Origin: Chara braunii
Lineage: Eukaryota > Plantae > Charophyceae
DNA length: 64,000 bases
Reading direction: 5' to 3'
NCBI GenBank assembly: GCA_003427395.1
Contig: BFEA01000030.1
Location: 2,779,728-2,843,727, forward strand
The notes below the pieces were generated by a model. That model had not been told where the DNA came from and made no database searches. It saw only the letters and a list, made by a program, of their open reading frames with translations. The translations under genes were made by a program, and so were the position numbers. Of this stretch, positions 37,060 through 50,651 are shown in pieces (the stretch's first letter is position 1; each line of letters opens with the position of its first letter).

Positions 37060-38040
37060 TTTGCAAAAGAAACCCAGTCCGGTCTAAACAACACCTGCTG
37101 AAAACACCAGTCCGTAACGACGTGAATGCCACAATAGAGGACAATGCCCACGCATAAAAGACAAGCAGGAAATAACGCTACCTACTTCCTCCATAGCCAA
37201 CCCTTCCCGTTTAGAATAAACATTACACACATGGCTACAGAAAAAGACAAAACCAAAAGATCCCATGACAGAAAATCGCCCTGACGCATAAGCTACGAAA
37301 CAGACCCAGAGCACGACACGGTGATAGCTCACCTCTAGCAAAAGACGGCTTACACCCAGAGCAGACATTCCTCCCACGATACACCCTTACGACCACTACC
37401 AAGCACCCCCGCCTTCCCAATCTAAACCCCAGGACAGTACTGCCACGAGGCTACAGCGACCCCATGCACTAGGCAGGCTATCAAACACAACACCTCTGAA
37501 AAACAAAACAAGGCATGCCAGTCCCCTACATAGAAAACACCCTTACCAGTAACCTTCACTTTCCTTCATACACGCATTACACCAGTCCGAAACGACGCCA
37601 TAAAGAACAACGCCCATGCATAAGAGACAAACGGGAAACAACGCTACCTACTTCCTCCATAGTCAGCCCTTCCCGCGCACAACAAGCATTGCACACACGG
37701 CTACACGAGCCAACCGGTAAAAGACAAAACCAAAGAATCCTGTGACGAGAAACAGCCCTGGCGCATAAGCTACGAAACAGACCCAGAGCACGACATACTG
37801 ATAGCTCACCTCTAGCAGACGATGACGTACACCCAGAACAGACCCTCCTCCTACGATACACCCATGCATCCACTACCAAACACCCCTGCCCTCCCAATCT
37901 AAACCCCAGGACAGTACTGAGACAAGGCTACAACGACCCCCTACACTAGGCACGCTATCAGACACGACGCCCTGCACAAACCAGTCCTTTACACAGAGAC
38001 ACACCTACTGCTAACCTGCACTCTCCCTCACATACGCATT
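37060..38040. repeat. Tandem duplication, ~475-bp unit x2
   Basis: caccagtccg.aacgacg at ~37106 and ~37580; ctacgaaacagacccagagcacgac and aatctaaaccccaggacagtactg each occur twice. Confidence 0.85.
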
Positions 38041-41000
38041 GCGTCACCTTCCCCCCCAAAAAACGCAGGTACTACACACACCGCCATCCTACCCCCGCGA
38101 ATCCCAGCTTGCACTCAAACCTGCTACACTGCACATTCTTCACATACATATCAATATAATACCTATGTGCCCTCGAATACACCTGCGAACGCAAATGCAC
38201 TCATCTGCTTGCTGCATCGCTGAAGTACCAAACCTGCGTTTTTTCTGGCCCACCTCGCCGTAACACGAGTCCCCTCTGCTTCTCTCCCACGAGCACATCT
38301 GCTCGCGAGCTGCATCGGGTACCTGGGCTCGAGTGTACGCAATACAGTGCATCGTGCTTAGCACTTACACTGTAACCAGCTGACGGTACGCTACACGGCT
38401 GCAACTCCAGCTATGGCGACATCTGACCTTCCTGCGACACCGACCATGACAACTCAGGTTAGACTCGCTAACTCTACACCCCCTATCTGCCTACTATGGC
38501 TTACTCACCGCCCCATTCCCCCTTTGTTTCCCCCACCCCTTCCTAACAGGAGCCTCTACTAAACTAACCCCTCTGATGAGCTGCTATGGGTGCTAGGCGG
38601 CGAAAAGCGCGCTTAAGGGCGTGCACCCCCCCTATGGTTGGGTCCTTAGACCCTCTCCTAACCCCAGCTAACCTGCTAACTTTAATCTTAATTGCTCCTA
38701 TAACTTACATATTGTTGGGTGAACCCTATGCCGGACTAAAAGGACCAACCGGCTTCGTCTACAGTCCCATGCGTTGGGATAGCTGTGTTCTTACACAACC
38801 CCCCCACACACTCGCCCGGATCATAAATCCTGTTGCTATGGTTGGGGTTGAATCCCCACCTCTGTAGACTATGCCACCTGTCCGATCTAACCATACTGTA
38901 AATGCCACAGGAATACCAACCTAATTTTACCAGTATCCGATTCCCGCACATTCACCAAACACCCCTGACCCCCCACCCCCTACCCTCCGCCGCCCACGAG
39001 CTTTACTCCATGGCACTAATATGCGCAACTCCCCCTAAAACTACTTACCTTAGCCGATACACGCTTATGCAAAATTAATTATAAAACCACCCGTTTTTTT
39101 TAATATACAAAAACTATGTGAATATTACTCCAAACCACACCATAGAACCACGCTTACGAGTTCTTAGATAACGAAACTTAACAGGGGAAACGAAAAAAAC
39201 AAAACATAGTAATCCCTGATTGCTTGTCAGAATAACCATCTATATCCTAACCACTCCTATGCTATAAACCCCCCCCTCCCTTTCCCTCTTCACTTCTCAA
39301 GATGCTAAAAGATTGACCGTCCCCTTCCACCTATAAATCTTATTATCTCGCGCTGCCCCAGTTCTGCTACCATCTCTTATTAGGGTTTCCAATAAGTAAT
39401 CTGATTTTCCGAATGAATGACTCTGCCTATAATATTTGTTTTCACAATAACAAAATAAGTATGCATACCGTCTCAGGTATCCTCAAATACTAGTAGAGAA
39501 GACCGTAAATTCCCTTGACTGCCAAACCATTAGCCCCTAAATTACTAGTAGGCATAATATGCAATAGCTATTAATGATGATATATAACGATGTTCCTCAG
39601 CGATTGTGGCGAGTTTTGAATCTGAAAGACGAAAGATCTCGCGTCTACCAAAGCATGATCAAGCCCGTAGATTTCTATATCCAACACATAGAAGCGTTAT
39701 ACTACCGTTGTTTCAGAGAAGCGTCTACCAACGATGACTGTTTTTCACCAAAATAGCACCGCCAATTACCTTTACCAGAGCCCCCCTCAATTGCAATCAG
39801 GAGTGATATTTTGCTACACAACTAGAAGTTACGCACAAAGATAATAATGGTCGTTGTCACCTCACTATCTTCTGGCAAATATACAAAACTCGCACATATC
39901 AATATTACTTTTATACAGATCGACACGCAACACGTGTAGTAATAGCTCAACACTAATCTTTACCGTACACAGTGATAATAAATTTGCTCCTGCCAATATA
40001 CGGATGATGAATATGCATGGGTTAATTGAAATAAATAAATTACCATGCGCATACGAATGTCTTCCCATCAGATTGGACCTCCCAAATGAAAATCTTAGGG
40101 ACATCATAATACGATACATACCTTCAACACTCATACAAATTAGTTGCGAGAAAGCTCTTTATGCCTAAAAAGCTCTGTAGCACCAAGCGCCTGCATTAAA
40201 TCCGAATGAATATTAGAAACGATACCATGCCATACATGGATACGTACCTATCATTGCGCATGTATATATCTTCGCATACGAAAGTACGTATCTCCCCCTG
40301 TGTCTATGCTGACCACCTCATATACATAATTTTTATATACGCTTTGGACAGTAAAACGGGACATACCAGTCTTACGGAACACTAGACCTAGCGGCAACTA
40401 TGGTAACAGGATCAAGCCCGCAAAACACCATAAATACCGTTTACGAAGGTATGATCGCACCATAGAAGCCTTTGACAAATCTTCTAATACAAGTAAAGAT
40501 GTATGGTTTCTACCCAACACGAACCTCTTAGTAGGAAGGTACACTTGATGTTCAGATAATAATAATATTTACTAGGATGCAGGAGAACAATAGCAACGAC
40601 TGCTCTCCGGTAATATTCGCATCCGTCTTTAGATGCGTACTGTACAGTTAGGTAAAATGTCCCATACTCTGAGCTGCACTAATCTCAAGGCACGTACCTA
40701 CGTATAACTTTTTTTTTTTAAAGTTCTTTCACTAAAACAAAACATTACTATACGTCATATGATGACACGTCAACTACGAAGCACATAATGGTGTTTCCAT
40801 ATAAACGCCACAAAACGTCATTTCTTATACATTACTACTGCAAACGTGAAGATGTGTCGGCTACAAGAAGGCGAAATCATATGGAGCGCATACGCAACGC
40901 GATTGGATGAATTTTAATGCCCGTCCCCTCCATGGGCATATGGTCCCTTGGTGAGATAGTGTCGAATACATCTGACTTGTGTTCCACGCCCTAATTTTGC

Positions 41001-41890
41001 GCGATGTAGCAATATTTTCAACAAAAATAGCTTGAGTAAGCCGTTAAGACTACGTCGATTGACATTAAAAGATTCGTGTCAGTACGAGCTACGCAAATTA
41101 CTTACTAATGATGTCACAAATCGAGGAAAGAACGCTAGTTGCACAATAATTGACCCTGAAACGAATAGTACGTACATATCGAATAAGGACATTTCTGGTG
41201 CTCCTATACTTGTCAATTGCTATAAAATTCAAAGCAGGATCTGTGAACAGCATGTAGTTACGGTAGACCTAGTCGCTGATATAAATATGATGCACTTACC
41301 AAATCATCAGCAAAAACACGCGGTCTCTTGGATACTGCCGCATTAGATAATATATAGACCCTAAAAGGTTATACGGATGCACGTTTGCTTTATGATTTCT
41401 GGTGTGCCTGTTTTTCGTAGCAGCAAGCATGGACTGAAGATTGGTAGACAACAACACAAAAGTAATCGTTTGAAGATGTGATGATGAAAGTGCAATAAGA
41501 AAAAACTCAGAAAGGACAATAAGATAGCACGACTAATTTTTCCTAACCTAAGGTGCATTCCTTTCTGATGTAAGTTAGCAAACAGAACCTTTCCCGTAAA
41601 AGCCTTTTTGTTTTCTTTCTTTTTTTAAAATAAACCACCCCCTCTCATGCTTGATTTAACGGGGAAGCCTTACTAAATTACACAAGGACATGGACTGTTG
41701 CACAAAGATACGTGCATTCCTATACAGCCCCTGTATGAATGAATAGGTGTATATTACTGATGCATGTACGTTTTCTCATGTTTTTGAAGGATGCCTGTAT
41801 ATAATTTTGCATCAGTAACGACAAAATGCATTTAGTACCATAACTTCATCGTTGAACAAGGATGTTAACGCACAAAAATTACTTCTCAGC

Positions 41891-42387
41891 TAGGCTACCA
41901 GAGTGGCCCGGGGTCACTTGCCCGGCCGGGCCAAAATAATTAAAAATAAAAAAAAATAAAAAAATATTTTTTGTATTTTTTTTTTTTTTTTAAATTTGGT
42001 GAAGAATTTCGATGTGACCCTGAGGGGTGGAGCAAGGCCCGTAGGGCCACTGCTCGTAGGGAAACGAAACAAAAGAAAGAGAGTTTTTTTGTGCAGTTGT
42101 AACGTGTAACCCATAACTGCTGGAAGCAGTGGAAAGCAGACCTGACTTCGGATCCATAACATATATTGCTGGCCTGCTCCATTGCCGTACAATCTTTGCC
42201 GAACGTCGGATTTGTGCAGATGCACTGAGGCCTTGGGAAAAAGACAAATTAACAAGGAATTCGTATGTTCAATTTTTTTTTTTTATGTGCCCTTCGATAT
42301 TTTCAGGATCTGTGTAGTATCTGTTCTGATCAGTTGGAAAAAAAAAAAAAGATATATTTAGGGGTTCTGGACCCCCCAAAAAAAAAA
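41891..42387 (+). mobile_element. Non-autonomous TIR element end (same family as 62712-63011)
   Basis: taggctaccagagtggcccggggtcacttgcccggccgggccaaaa and tttcgatgtgaccctga match the reverse complement of 62860-63010. Confidence 0.65.
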
Positions 42388-42866
42388 NNNNNNNNNNNNN
42401 NNNNNNNNNNNNNNNNNNNNNNNNNNNNNNNNNNNNNNNNNNNNNNNNNNNNNNNNNNNNNNNNNNNNNNNNNNNNNNNNNNNNNNNNNNNNNNNNNNNN
42501 NNNNNNNNNNNNNNNNNNNNNNNNNNNNNNNNNNNNNNNNNNNNNNNNNNNNNNNNNNNNNNNNNNNNNNNNNNNNNNNNNNNNNNNNNNNNNNNNNNNN
42601 NNNNNNNNNNNNNNNNNNNNNNNNNNNNNNNNNNNNNNNGGGTGCAGGGACCGGGGGTCCGGGTCCAGGGTCGGCGGGGGTCCCGGGGTCGGGGCCGGGG
42701 TGCTGGGTGCTGGGTGCCAGGGGCGGGGTCCCGCGGGGGTGCCGGGTGTCGAGCGGGCGCGGGGGTCTTCAGTGGGGTCCGGGGGTCGGCGCCCCCGCGG
42801 GAGGGGGTCCGGGGGTGAAATCTCGGCCCCGGCTTTGCCCCCAAGGGTCCCCGGGTGACAACCCTG

Positions 42867-44560
42867 CCTCCAACAGTCTGGCGCCTCGACGACGCCGGAC
42901 CATAGTGGGTGCAGCTGCTGCTGATGTTGTTGCTGGTCCAACCACTGCAGCTGCTGCTGTTGTTCGATACCGCGATGTTGTCGCTGGTGCAACTGCTGCT
43001 GCTGCTGTTCGATACCGTTGTGTCGTCGCTGGTGCAGCAGCTGTTGCTGCTGTTCAATACCGCTAGGTTCTCGCTGGTGCAGCTGCTGCTGCTGCTGTTC
43101 GATACCGCTATATTGCCGATGGTGCAGCAGCTGCTGCTGCTGCTGTTCGATGCCGCTATGGGGTTGCTGCTGTTCCAAACTGCGCGAGGCGTCCGATGGT
43201 CTGGCGTCATCGAGGCGCCGGACCCTCCAATGGTCTGGCGCCTCGACGACGCAGGACCATAGTGGGTGCAGCTGCTGCTGATGTTGTTGCTGGTCCAATT
43301 GCTGCAGCTTCTGCCGCTGTTCGATACCGCTATGCTGTCGCTGGTGCAGCTGCTGCTGCTGCTACTGTTCGATACCGCTATGGGGTTGCTTCTGTTCCAA
43401 ACCGCGCCGAACCCTCCAACCGTCTAGCGCCTCGATAACGTCGGACCATAGTGGGTGCAGCTGCTGCTGATGTTGTTGCTGGTCGAACTGCTGCAGCTGC
43501 TGCTGCTGTTCGATACCACTATGTTGTCGTTGGTGCAGCTGCTGCTGCTGCTGTTTGATACCGCTGTGTTGTCGCTGGTGCAGCAGCTGCGGCTGCTGTT
43601 CGATACCGCTATGGGGTTGCTGGTGCAGCAGCTGCTGCTGCTGCTGTTCGATACCGCTACAGGGTTGCTGCTGTTCCAAACCGCGCCGGACCCTCCGATG
43701 GTCTGGCGTCGTCGAGGCGCCGGACCCTCCAATGGTCTGGCGCCTCGACGACGCCGGACCATAGTGGGTGTAGCTGCTGTTGATGTTGTTGCTGGTCCAA
43801 CTGCTGCTGATGCTGCTGCTGTTCCATACCACTATGTTGTCCCTGGTGCAGCTGCTACTGCTGCTGTTCGATACCGCTATATTGCCGATGGTGCAGCAGC
43901 TGCTGCTGCTGCTGTTCGATACCGGTATGGGGTTGTTGCTGTTCCAAACCGCGTCGGACCCTCCGATGGTCTGGCGTTGTCGAGGCGCCGGACCCTCCAA
44001 TGGTCTGGCGGCTCGACGACGCCTGACCATAGTTCTTGCAGCTGCTGCTGATGTTGTTGCTGGTGCAACTGCTGCAACTGCTGCTGCTGTTCGATACCGC
44101 TATGTTGTCGCTGGTGCAGCTACTGCTGCTGCTGTTCGATACCGCTGTGTTGTCGCTGGTGCAGCAGCTGCTGCTGCTGTTCGATACCGTATGGGGTTGC
44201 TGGTGCAGCTGCTGCTGCTGCCGCTGTTCGATACCGCTATGGGGTTGCTGCTGTTCCAAACCACGTCGGATCCTCCGATGGTCTGGCGTCGTCGAGGCGC
44301 CGGACCCTCAAATGGTCTGGCGCCTCGACGACGCCAGACCATATGGGGTGCAGCTGCTGCTGATGTTGATGCTGGTGCAACTATTGCTGATGCTGCTGGG
44401 AACCGCTGTCGACACCGTGCTGTTCGAAACCGCTGTCGGGTTGCTGCTGATGATCTTGCAGGTGTGGTTGCTATTGCCGCTGCTGCTGCTGATGTTGTTC
44501 CTGGCGCAACTGCTGCTAATGCTGTTCGATGCCACTACCGGGTTGATGCTTTTCGAAACG
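42867..44560. repeat. Composite tandem array: (CTG)n-rich units interspersed with ggcgccggaccctccgatggtctggcg units
   Basis: Repeated gctgctgctgctgttcgataccgct; minus-strand frames read SGIEQQQQQLHQR or SNSSSSSCT. Confidence 0.9.
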
Positions 44561-45188
44561 GCGCCGGACATCAGCCTTGCACTGAACAATAGACGGCTTC
44601 CTGTCCGGATGCACAGAGGATACACGGAGATTACGGGCAGAGGTCACACAGAGGTTACACAGAGGTTACACCCGGGTTGCACAAACCCTCCGACGGTCCG
44701 ACGTCGTCGGGGCGCCAGACCATCGGGGCCTCCGCGTCACCAGACCCTCCTTCCTTCTCCTTCCTTTCCTTTCTCTTCCTCTTGCTCTCCGGGTGCTGTG
44801 ACAGAGATTACAGGCAGAGGTTACACAGGGTCTGCCGCCTGGTGGTCGACGTTACACAGTGAGAGAGCTTATAGGCAGAGGCTGCAGAGTGTGAGAGATA
44901 ACAGGCAGACATTGTGCCGGGATTGTACGTGGATGTTACACAGACATTAGAGGCAAACGTTACAACGAGTACACCGAGATTATGGGCAGCGGTTGAACAG
45001 GATCTGCCGCCACGTCGTCGAGGTTACACAGTGCGACAGATTGCAGGCAGTGGTTGCACATGCCCTCCGATGGTTCGGCGCCGTCGAGCCGCCGGACCAT
45101 CGGAGGGCCCGGCGTCACCAGACCCTCCTTCCCCTACCTCCTTCTTCCTTTCCTTCGTCTTCCTCTTCTTCTCCGGATGTTGTGAGGG

Positions 45189-48100
45189 ATGTTACAGGCA
45201 AAGGTTACGCAGACATTAGAGGCGTGTTGGTGTTGGATGCGGTGGTGGTGTTATGCAGCTGCTTGCTCGTCAGGGGTCTCAACACCGAAGGTTGTCGGAA
45301 GGGCGGTCACGTTCCAAGAGAAGTATTGGGCGATCGATTGGGACCTCGGTATGAAAGTTCCCTGTTGCGGGCCATGCATTTTCTTGCGGGATGAGAGTGG
45401 TGGTTACTACCCGTGCGGGGGTATCAAGACTTACTCGTTTGATAAGAACATGCCTGACGAGGAGTACATGAGATTCCATTTGACGACGTGTTTCAACCGC
45501 GACGGTCACGAGGTGCTTGACAACTACAAGCTCATGTCTCTCCAAGTCGACAAGTTCCAAGGTTACGGCATCCGCGCTGCATCAATGCCGCCGTTCGACA
45601 AGTCGCAGAAGAAGGATGCGTCGCAGATGGTGATGCTAACGCCGTTCGAGTTCCTCAAACGCATTAATTGCTATAAGGTGTCGAACCATATCGTGACGAT
45701 TGACAACAGCCTGCAGTTGTCAACTCCCTTCGTGCCTTTCGACTGTGATCTTGGAGACTTCGCAGACATGGTGCGACGTCACAAGCTGTAGGCAATGGGT
45801 CAAGCCGTTTTGCGAACTACCGTACATGTGAGCTCGCCACAGGCGGTAGGCAAGAGTTGTGGGGAGCCGAAAACAGCTGCCCGTATGAGCAAAAGTGGGG
45901 CCGCATCGACACAGGGAAAGAGCGTGAGCAAATCAGCTTCTCTGCTCCAGCCGAAGGGTGTGTCTGCGACGCGGGCACCATCACATGCAGAATATGCGGC
46001 ACGCGTTTCTTTGAATCCGGCTGGTGGGGCCACTGACCATGAGGATGACGACGAAAACACAGAGGAGGACTCGCGCTTCAGACAATGGGACGGTGGGCGG
46101 TGGCCCGATGGCAATAATGCGAAAGACAAGGAAGGGGACGACGACGAACAGCGGTCCCGCGACGACACACACGATGAAGAGGGAAGCTTGGAGGATGACT
46201 TGGCCGAAGGCGATGGTAGTGAAGGCCAAGAGGATGGTGGTCACGAAGGCGATGGGAGTGAAGGAGAAGAAAACGAGGATGCTACAGAACGGGAAGACAA
46301 CTACGAAGGGGGGAGCGAAGGAGATGAGGGTGGGGCGGACGACGACGACGGCGGGAATAGAGGGTCACAGAAAAGGCGGGAACTGTCTTCCCGTGCCACA
46401 AGTCATGATGGTCCGGCAGAAGATGACGATGTGTTGCATGGAACACGGAGGTCTGTGTGCATGCGCAAAAGGAAAATGAGATGTGGGAAAGCAGAGGAAG
46501 AGAAGCAGAGATAAGCTAAGCTCATCAGCCTACAGGCCTCAAAGGAGGCTTACAAGAGATCCTTGGAGGCCCAATCTGCTAAACCAGCAAAGGAAAAGCG
46601 TGAACGAACTCGATCTTCCCAGAGACCAAAGACGAAAGCAAAGGCCGAGGAGACAAAGGAAGTTGCGGACTCTGGGGACGAAGCGGCGGGGGTCGACCCG
46701 AGACATACAGCGTCAAAGCCTGGAGAGTTGACCAACGACACCATCGACACCACGAGATGTTTTTTCCTGGAATACGACGAGGACGGCAATGCGATAGATC
46801 GTCCTACCCAAGTGTTCGTTGATGTGGTCAAAATACTGCCCAACCCTTCGGAAGGCGTGCAATACAACCACAGACCGTTGAACGAGATGTTGGTCACCTC
46901 CATCAGGGATGCAATGGAACACCCGGAAAAGCAGAAGGAGTGGGACAGAAACATGTGGATTCTTGCTCCTGTCGTTGAGGTGCAGAAGGATGGCCGGAAG
47001 CAGTGGGAACGTGTGAAGCTGGAGGAGTGGGATGATGACAAGGTTGCCTCCTACCATTGGTACACAGTGGCCGGCCAACATACAGCGGAGGCAACAAAGA
47101 GGCTGGTCGCTGCAAAATCGTCTGCTGCCCACAACTGGGGCGTGCATTCTTGGAAGGCGCGGGTTGTGTATTTTGACGATGACCATTTGGAGGGGTATGC
47201 GTACATCTCCACGTTTGACAACACCAAGTAGACATGTGCTATCCCGTCGTCGTTTCGAATGACTGTGACTGTTATAAGAGGCCTGTGGCAGAGTATGAAA
47301 GAGCCAAAAGGTGATTGGCATCAGGCAAAGATGGTGGAAGAGAGGACTGCACAGCGTGACCAATATCATGAGTTCGTACGGAAAGCTATACGAATGACTC
47401 ATGACACATCACTCTGGAATCAGTCGTTGGCGAAAAGATTTGTGAGGAATTGGTCAAACCTTTTGAGACCCTACATGTGTCTTGCGGCGAGCGGCAGGGT
47501 TGTGTGGAATCTGGTTGAGAAGTTCTTTGACAAATGGGAAAAAGACGAACTGCCAGGGCAGGACGGAGTGAGACAAGTGGATCAGGAAGGGAAAGCAGGC
47601 GAGGCGGCAGGACCGGGCCCTGCAGCGAAGACGGTGAAAGGCAAGAAAGTGTTGGTGCACTACGTCCAGTCCAACAAAAGCTCATCGGGTTTCTATGTTT
47701 GCATCAATAATCCCCCCGCGAGCGCATGGAAGGTGTTCGACAATTTCACATCAAGGGAGAAGGAAATGACCCTCGAGAAAATACTTGCGAGACACGTTGT
47801 CGTCACGATCGGAAGGGCATTTGTGAAAAAACTGATGAACATGCAAGACCTGTACGTGGAGGTGAGAAGGGAGAGATATATGGTTCGCATGTTTAACTAT
47901 GTCCTCTTCAAGATAGTGCAGAGGTCGGAGGAGGAGTGAAATGCCAAGTTCTTCATTGGCTACGATACCATAATGAGGCGGTTTACACCACAAGGGTTGA
48001 CGACAGAAAAATGGGAAGAAACAAAGTCCAAGATCGTAGCAGAGAAGACTATCAATGTCCCGAAACGATTGGGCGGCGTGGATTAGGCGAAACTAGGAAA

Positions 48101-50651
48101 AAGGAATGTCGGGGGGCACAAGGTGACGACTGCAATATATATGGAGTGTCCGTATTTCCTCAAACTTTTCGTGCATGAGATTCTTGGTGCAGTTGACCAA
48201 TTGAGGGACGACCTGAGACGGATCAGCTCAAATGCTCAGCACATAATGTGGGACAAGCGCAAAGATCACACGACGTATCTTCCTGTCTACATCATACCTG
48301 TGGACGCACTGCACTCGACAAAAGATTTGACTCATGCCGTGAGAAAGCTGAGTTGTCACCTTGCAGTATTGGACTTGGCTCCGTTGAAGAATCTCGACGC
48401 ATGGAACGACCAAAGGTTTCGCGAGCTCCGCCAAATGATGACGGTGTTGTGCGGGTCGCATTGGGCGCTAATCGTATTCAGCGCATTGAAAGTCGAGGAA
48501 ACGGTGTTGAGGAACGTCTTCAGGTGGGACAGTGTGAGAATTCTTCCAAGGCGCTGGCGTCGTTATAGCGAAGCAGCATCATCCTGCACCCAAGTTGGGA
48601 ACCTTCCGTTGAGAGGGCATGACTCCATGACCATAGTCCTGCACGATACAGAGAACGACTTCAAAAAGGTCACGGTCGCAAAGCCTCGAAGGAAGGGGAA
48701 GGTGTTATTTGTACAATGTACAAAAAAGGTAATCGGCATGCGGGGCGATAGCAAACCTGTGTACGGGATATGGGAGAGAGAACCTGCAAAGATGAAAGAC
48801 TTGTGCACCTGGTTTTCGAAGGAAGGGGAAGGTGTCCTGTTACTGGGCAACGTGCAGGCAGGAACAACGTGGGACTTGCTTCGCTCAGGACACCATGTCG
48901 TCGCATGCGATGGTTCCTCAAACCTGATGGAGTACTCCACTTTGTTCATCGATCGTCACGTCAACAATCCGGATAATAGGTGTCACTTTGAACGACCCAG
49001 ACCTCAACATCGTGCAGACCGAGACATGTTTCTGAAGCTCGACAAGAAGAGGGACTCTCTGTGGAGCTATCTGTTCTGCAATGCACCCGCAACACCAACA
49101 GATGCAGATTATCTCCACCGTAAGGTGATAGCGATCCAACATCTGCAAGGATATCACAACGTCAAACGAGGTACAATTGAGATATTTTTGGGGCGATGTG
49201 AACACCTATGGTTTGAAAGGAAGCGAGACAAACTTTATGCCAAGGTTTACTGCGAGGTAATGGATGTTGGGGAGCAGTTTAACATTATGGACAATGAGGA
49301 GGAGACGGAGGATGAGGAGATTGACCTGCCATTGTCGGGCACGCATCACAATGCAGTGATAGAGGAAACACCTTCGCTGTCCGCTTTGGGTGGTCAACAA
49401 GCGATGGAGGAAGATGTTGGCGGCAATATCGCAAGTACCAGGACCGAAAATGTGATGTGCGGAACAACACCGAACACAGCTGGTGCAATGGAAGGCAGCA
49501 CATCCAAGTGCGGCATGAAGGAAGCAACCCCAGGATTCATTTCGCTCGTGAGGAGAGTTTGCAATGACATAGAAGGAGCAACGGACGGCGAGACTCAAAA
49601 TGTTGCGCATGCAGACAAGGAATCAGAGGACGGCCCATATGGGATGGACATAGAGGATGATCACCTTTTTCACATCCCGGACGACGCCCCCAAACAACTT
49701 GCACCTGGTGATAGCATATCATATGACATGAAGGAGATGAAAGGAGGACCTCACTTTCTAGACATAAAGTACAAAGAGTCACATGAACACGAGTGGGGGC
49801 ATCACATCGTATGACATCCAGGTCTTTTCGAGCCTTGTGTGATTGATGGCAGATGGCACATGGCTATCCGAATGGGTGGGAAATGGGTATTTAGGGAAAG
49901 AGTCCTCAGGAGCAGGTTTTATGAAATAGCGAAGGACAGCTTGTCTACCCCCGTGAAGCAGGCGAACAAAGATGCGTCAGACCACAAAATATCAGACAAA
50001 GTGAACTCGTTGTTCGAATTCCTGCATGAAAATCACCTTCACGAGTATAGCGCTGCGTTCTACGACTAGAAATCGAGTCTGTCGTATGGAGCCGTCATAT
50101 GGTCTGTGGACTACTGTGCAACGGACTGTATGTTCGACAGCGACATAGTTCTGGGATGCAGTCAAGGCCTTGAGGGACACACGAGTGCAAGGAAGAAGAT
50201 CGATTCAGCAGCAGCAGGAGATGGTGGCGAGAGTATGGCAGACAAGGAAGGGCATATCAGGATGCAAAACACAAATGGAGATGAATTCGCAGAGCGGCCA
50301 TCAAGCACACCGCAACCAACACTTAGACTGTCAGAAGGCATCAGTGCAGTAGGAGCCAGAAGTGAGACAACACCAACAGCGGGCGGGGAAGTTGTTGCAC
50401 ACGTGCATGGCGAGATTGAAGAGACCAGGGACAAAAAGCATCAGACGAAGAAGGGTCAAAATTTCAGGCACATGAGGGAGTGGAGGCGGTGGCAAGGAAT
50501 GTCGATTCGCATTCCAAGCAGTCGCATACGACTGTCATCACTTCACATGCGCAAGGCACCGACGAAGCTACCAGGGAGCAAAGTGCGCATGAGAAAGAAG
50601 AGGGGAAAGGACCAGTGCATATGGAATGCACTGGTCCAGGAACGTAAATAG
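45189..50651 (+). pseudogene. Large (~1800-codon) cargo gene: N-terminal unknown domain, acidic linker, ParB/Srx-like region, degenerate beta-class DNA amino-methyltransferase-like region, C-terminal unknown domain
   Basis: ORFs starting at 45189, 45795, 46563, 47259, 48123, 49839 and 50106 share one frame and are separated only by in-frame stops. Motifs: NHRPLNEMLVTSIRDAM...VAGQHTAEA; CHLAVLDLAP; EREPAKMKDLCTWFSKEGEGVLLLGNVQAGTT...GHHVVACD. The single-gene call is stronger than the domain calls. Confidence 0.65.

Noticed and set aside
42269-44950. Poly-Gln, poly-Ser and poly-Leu ORFs
   Set aside because: Frames are open because of CTG repeats; no frame is consistently maintained, so they are not called as genes.
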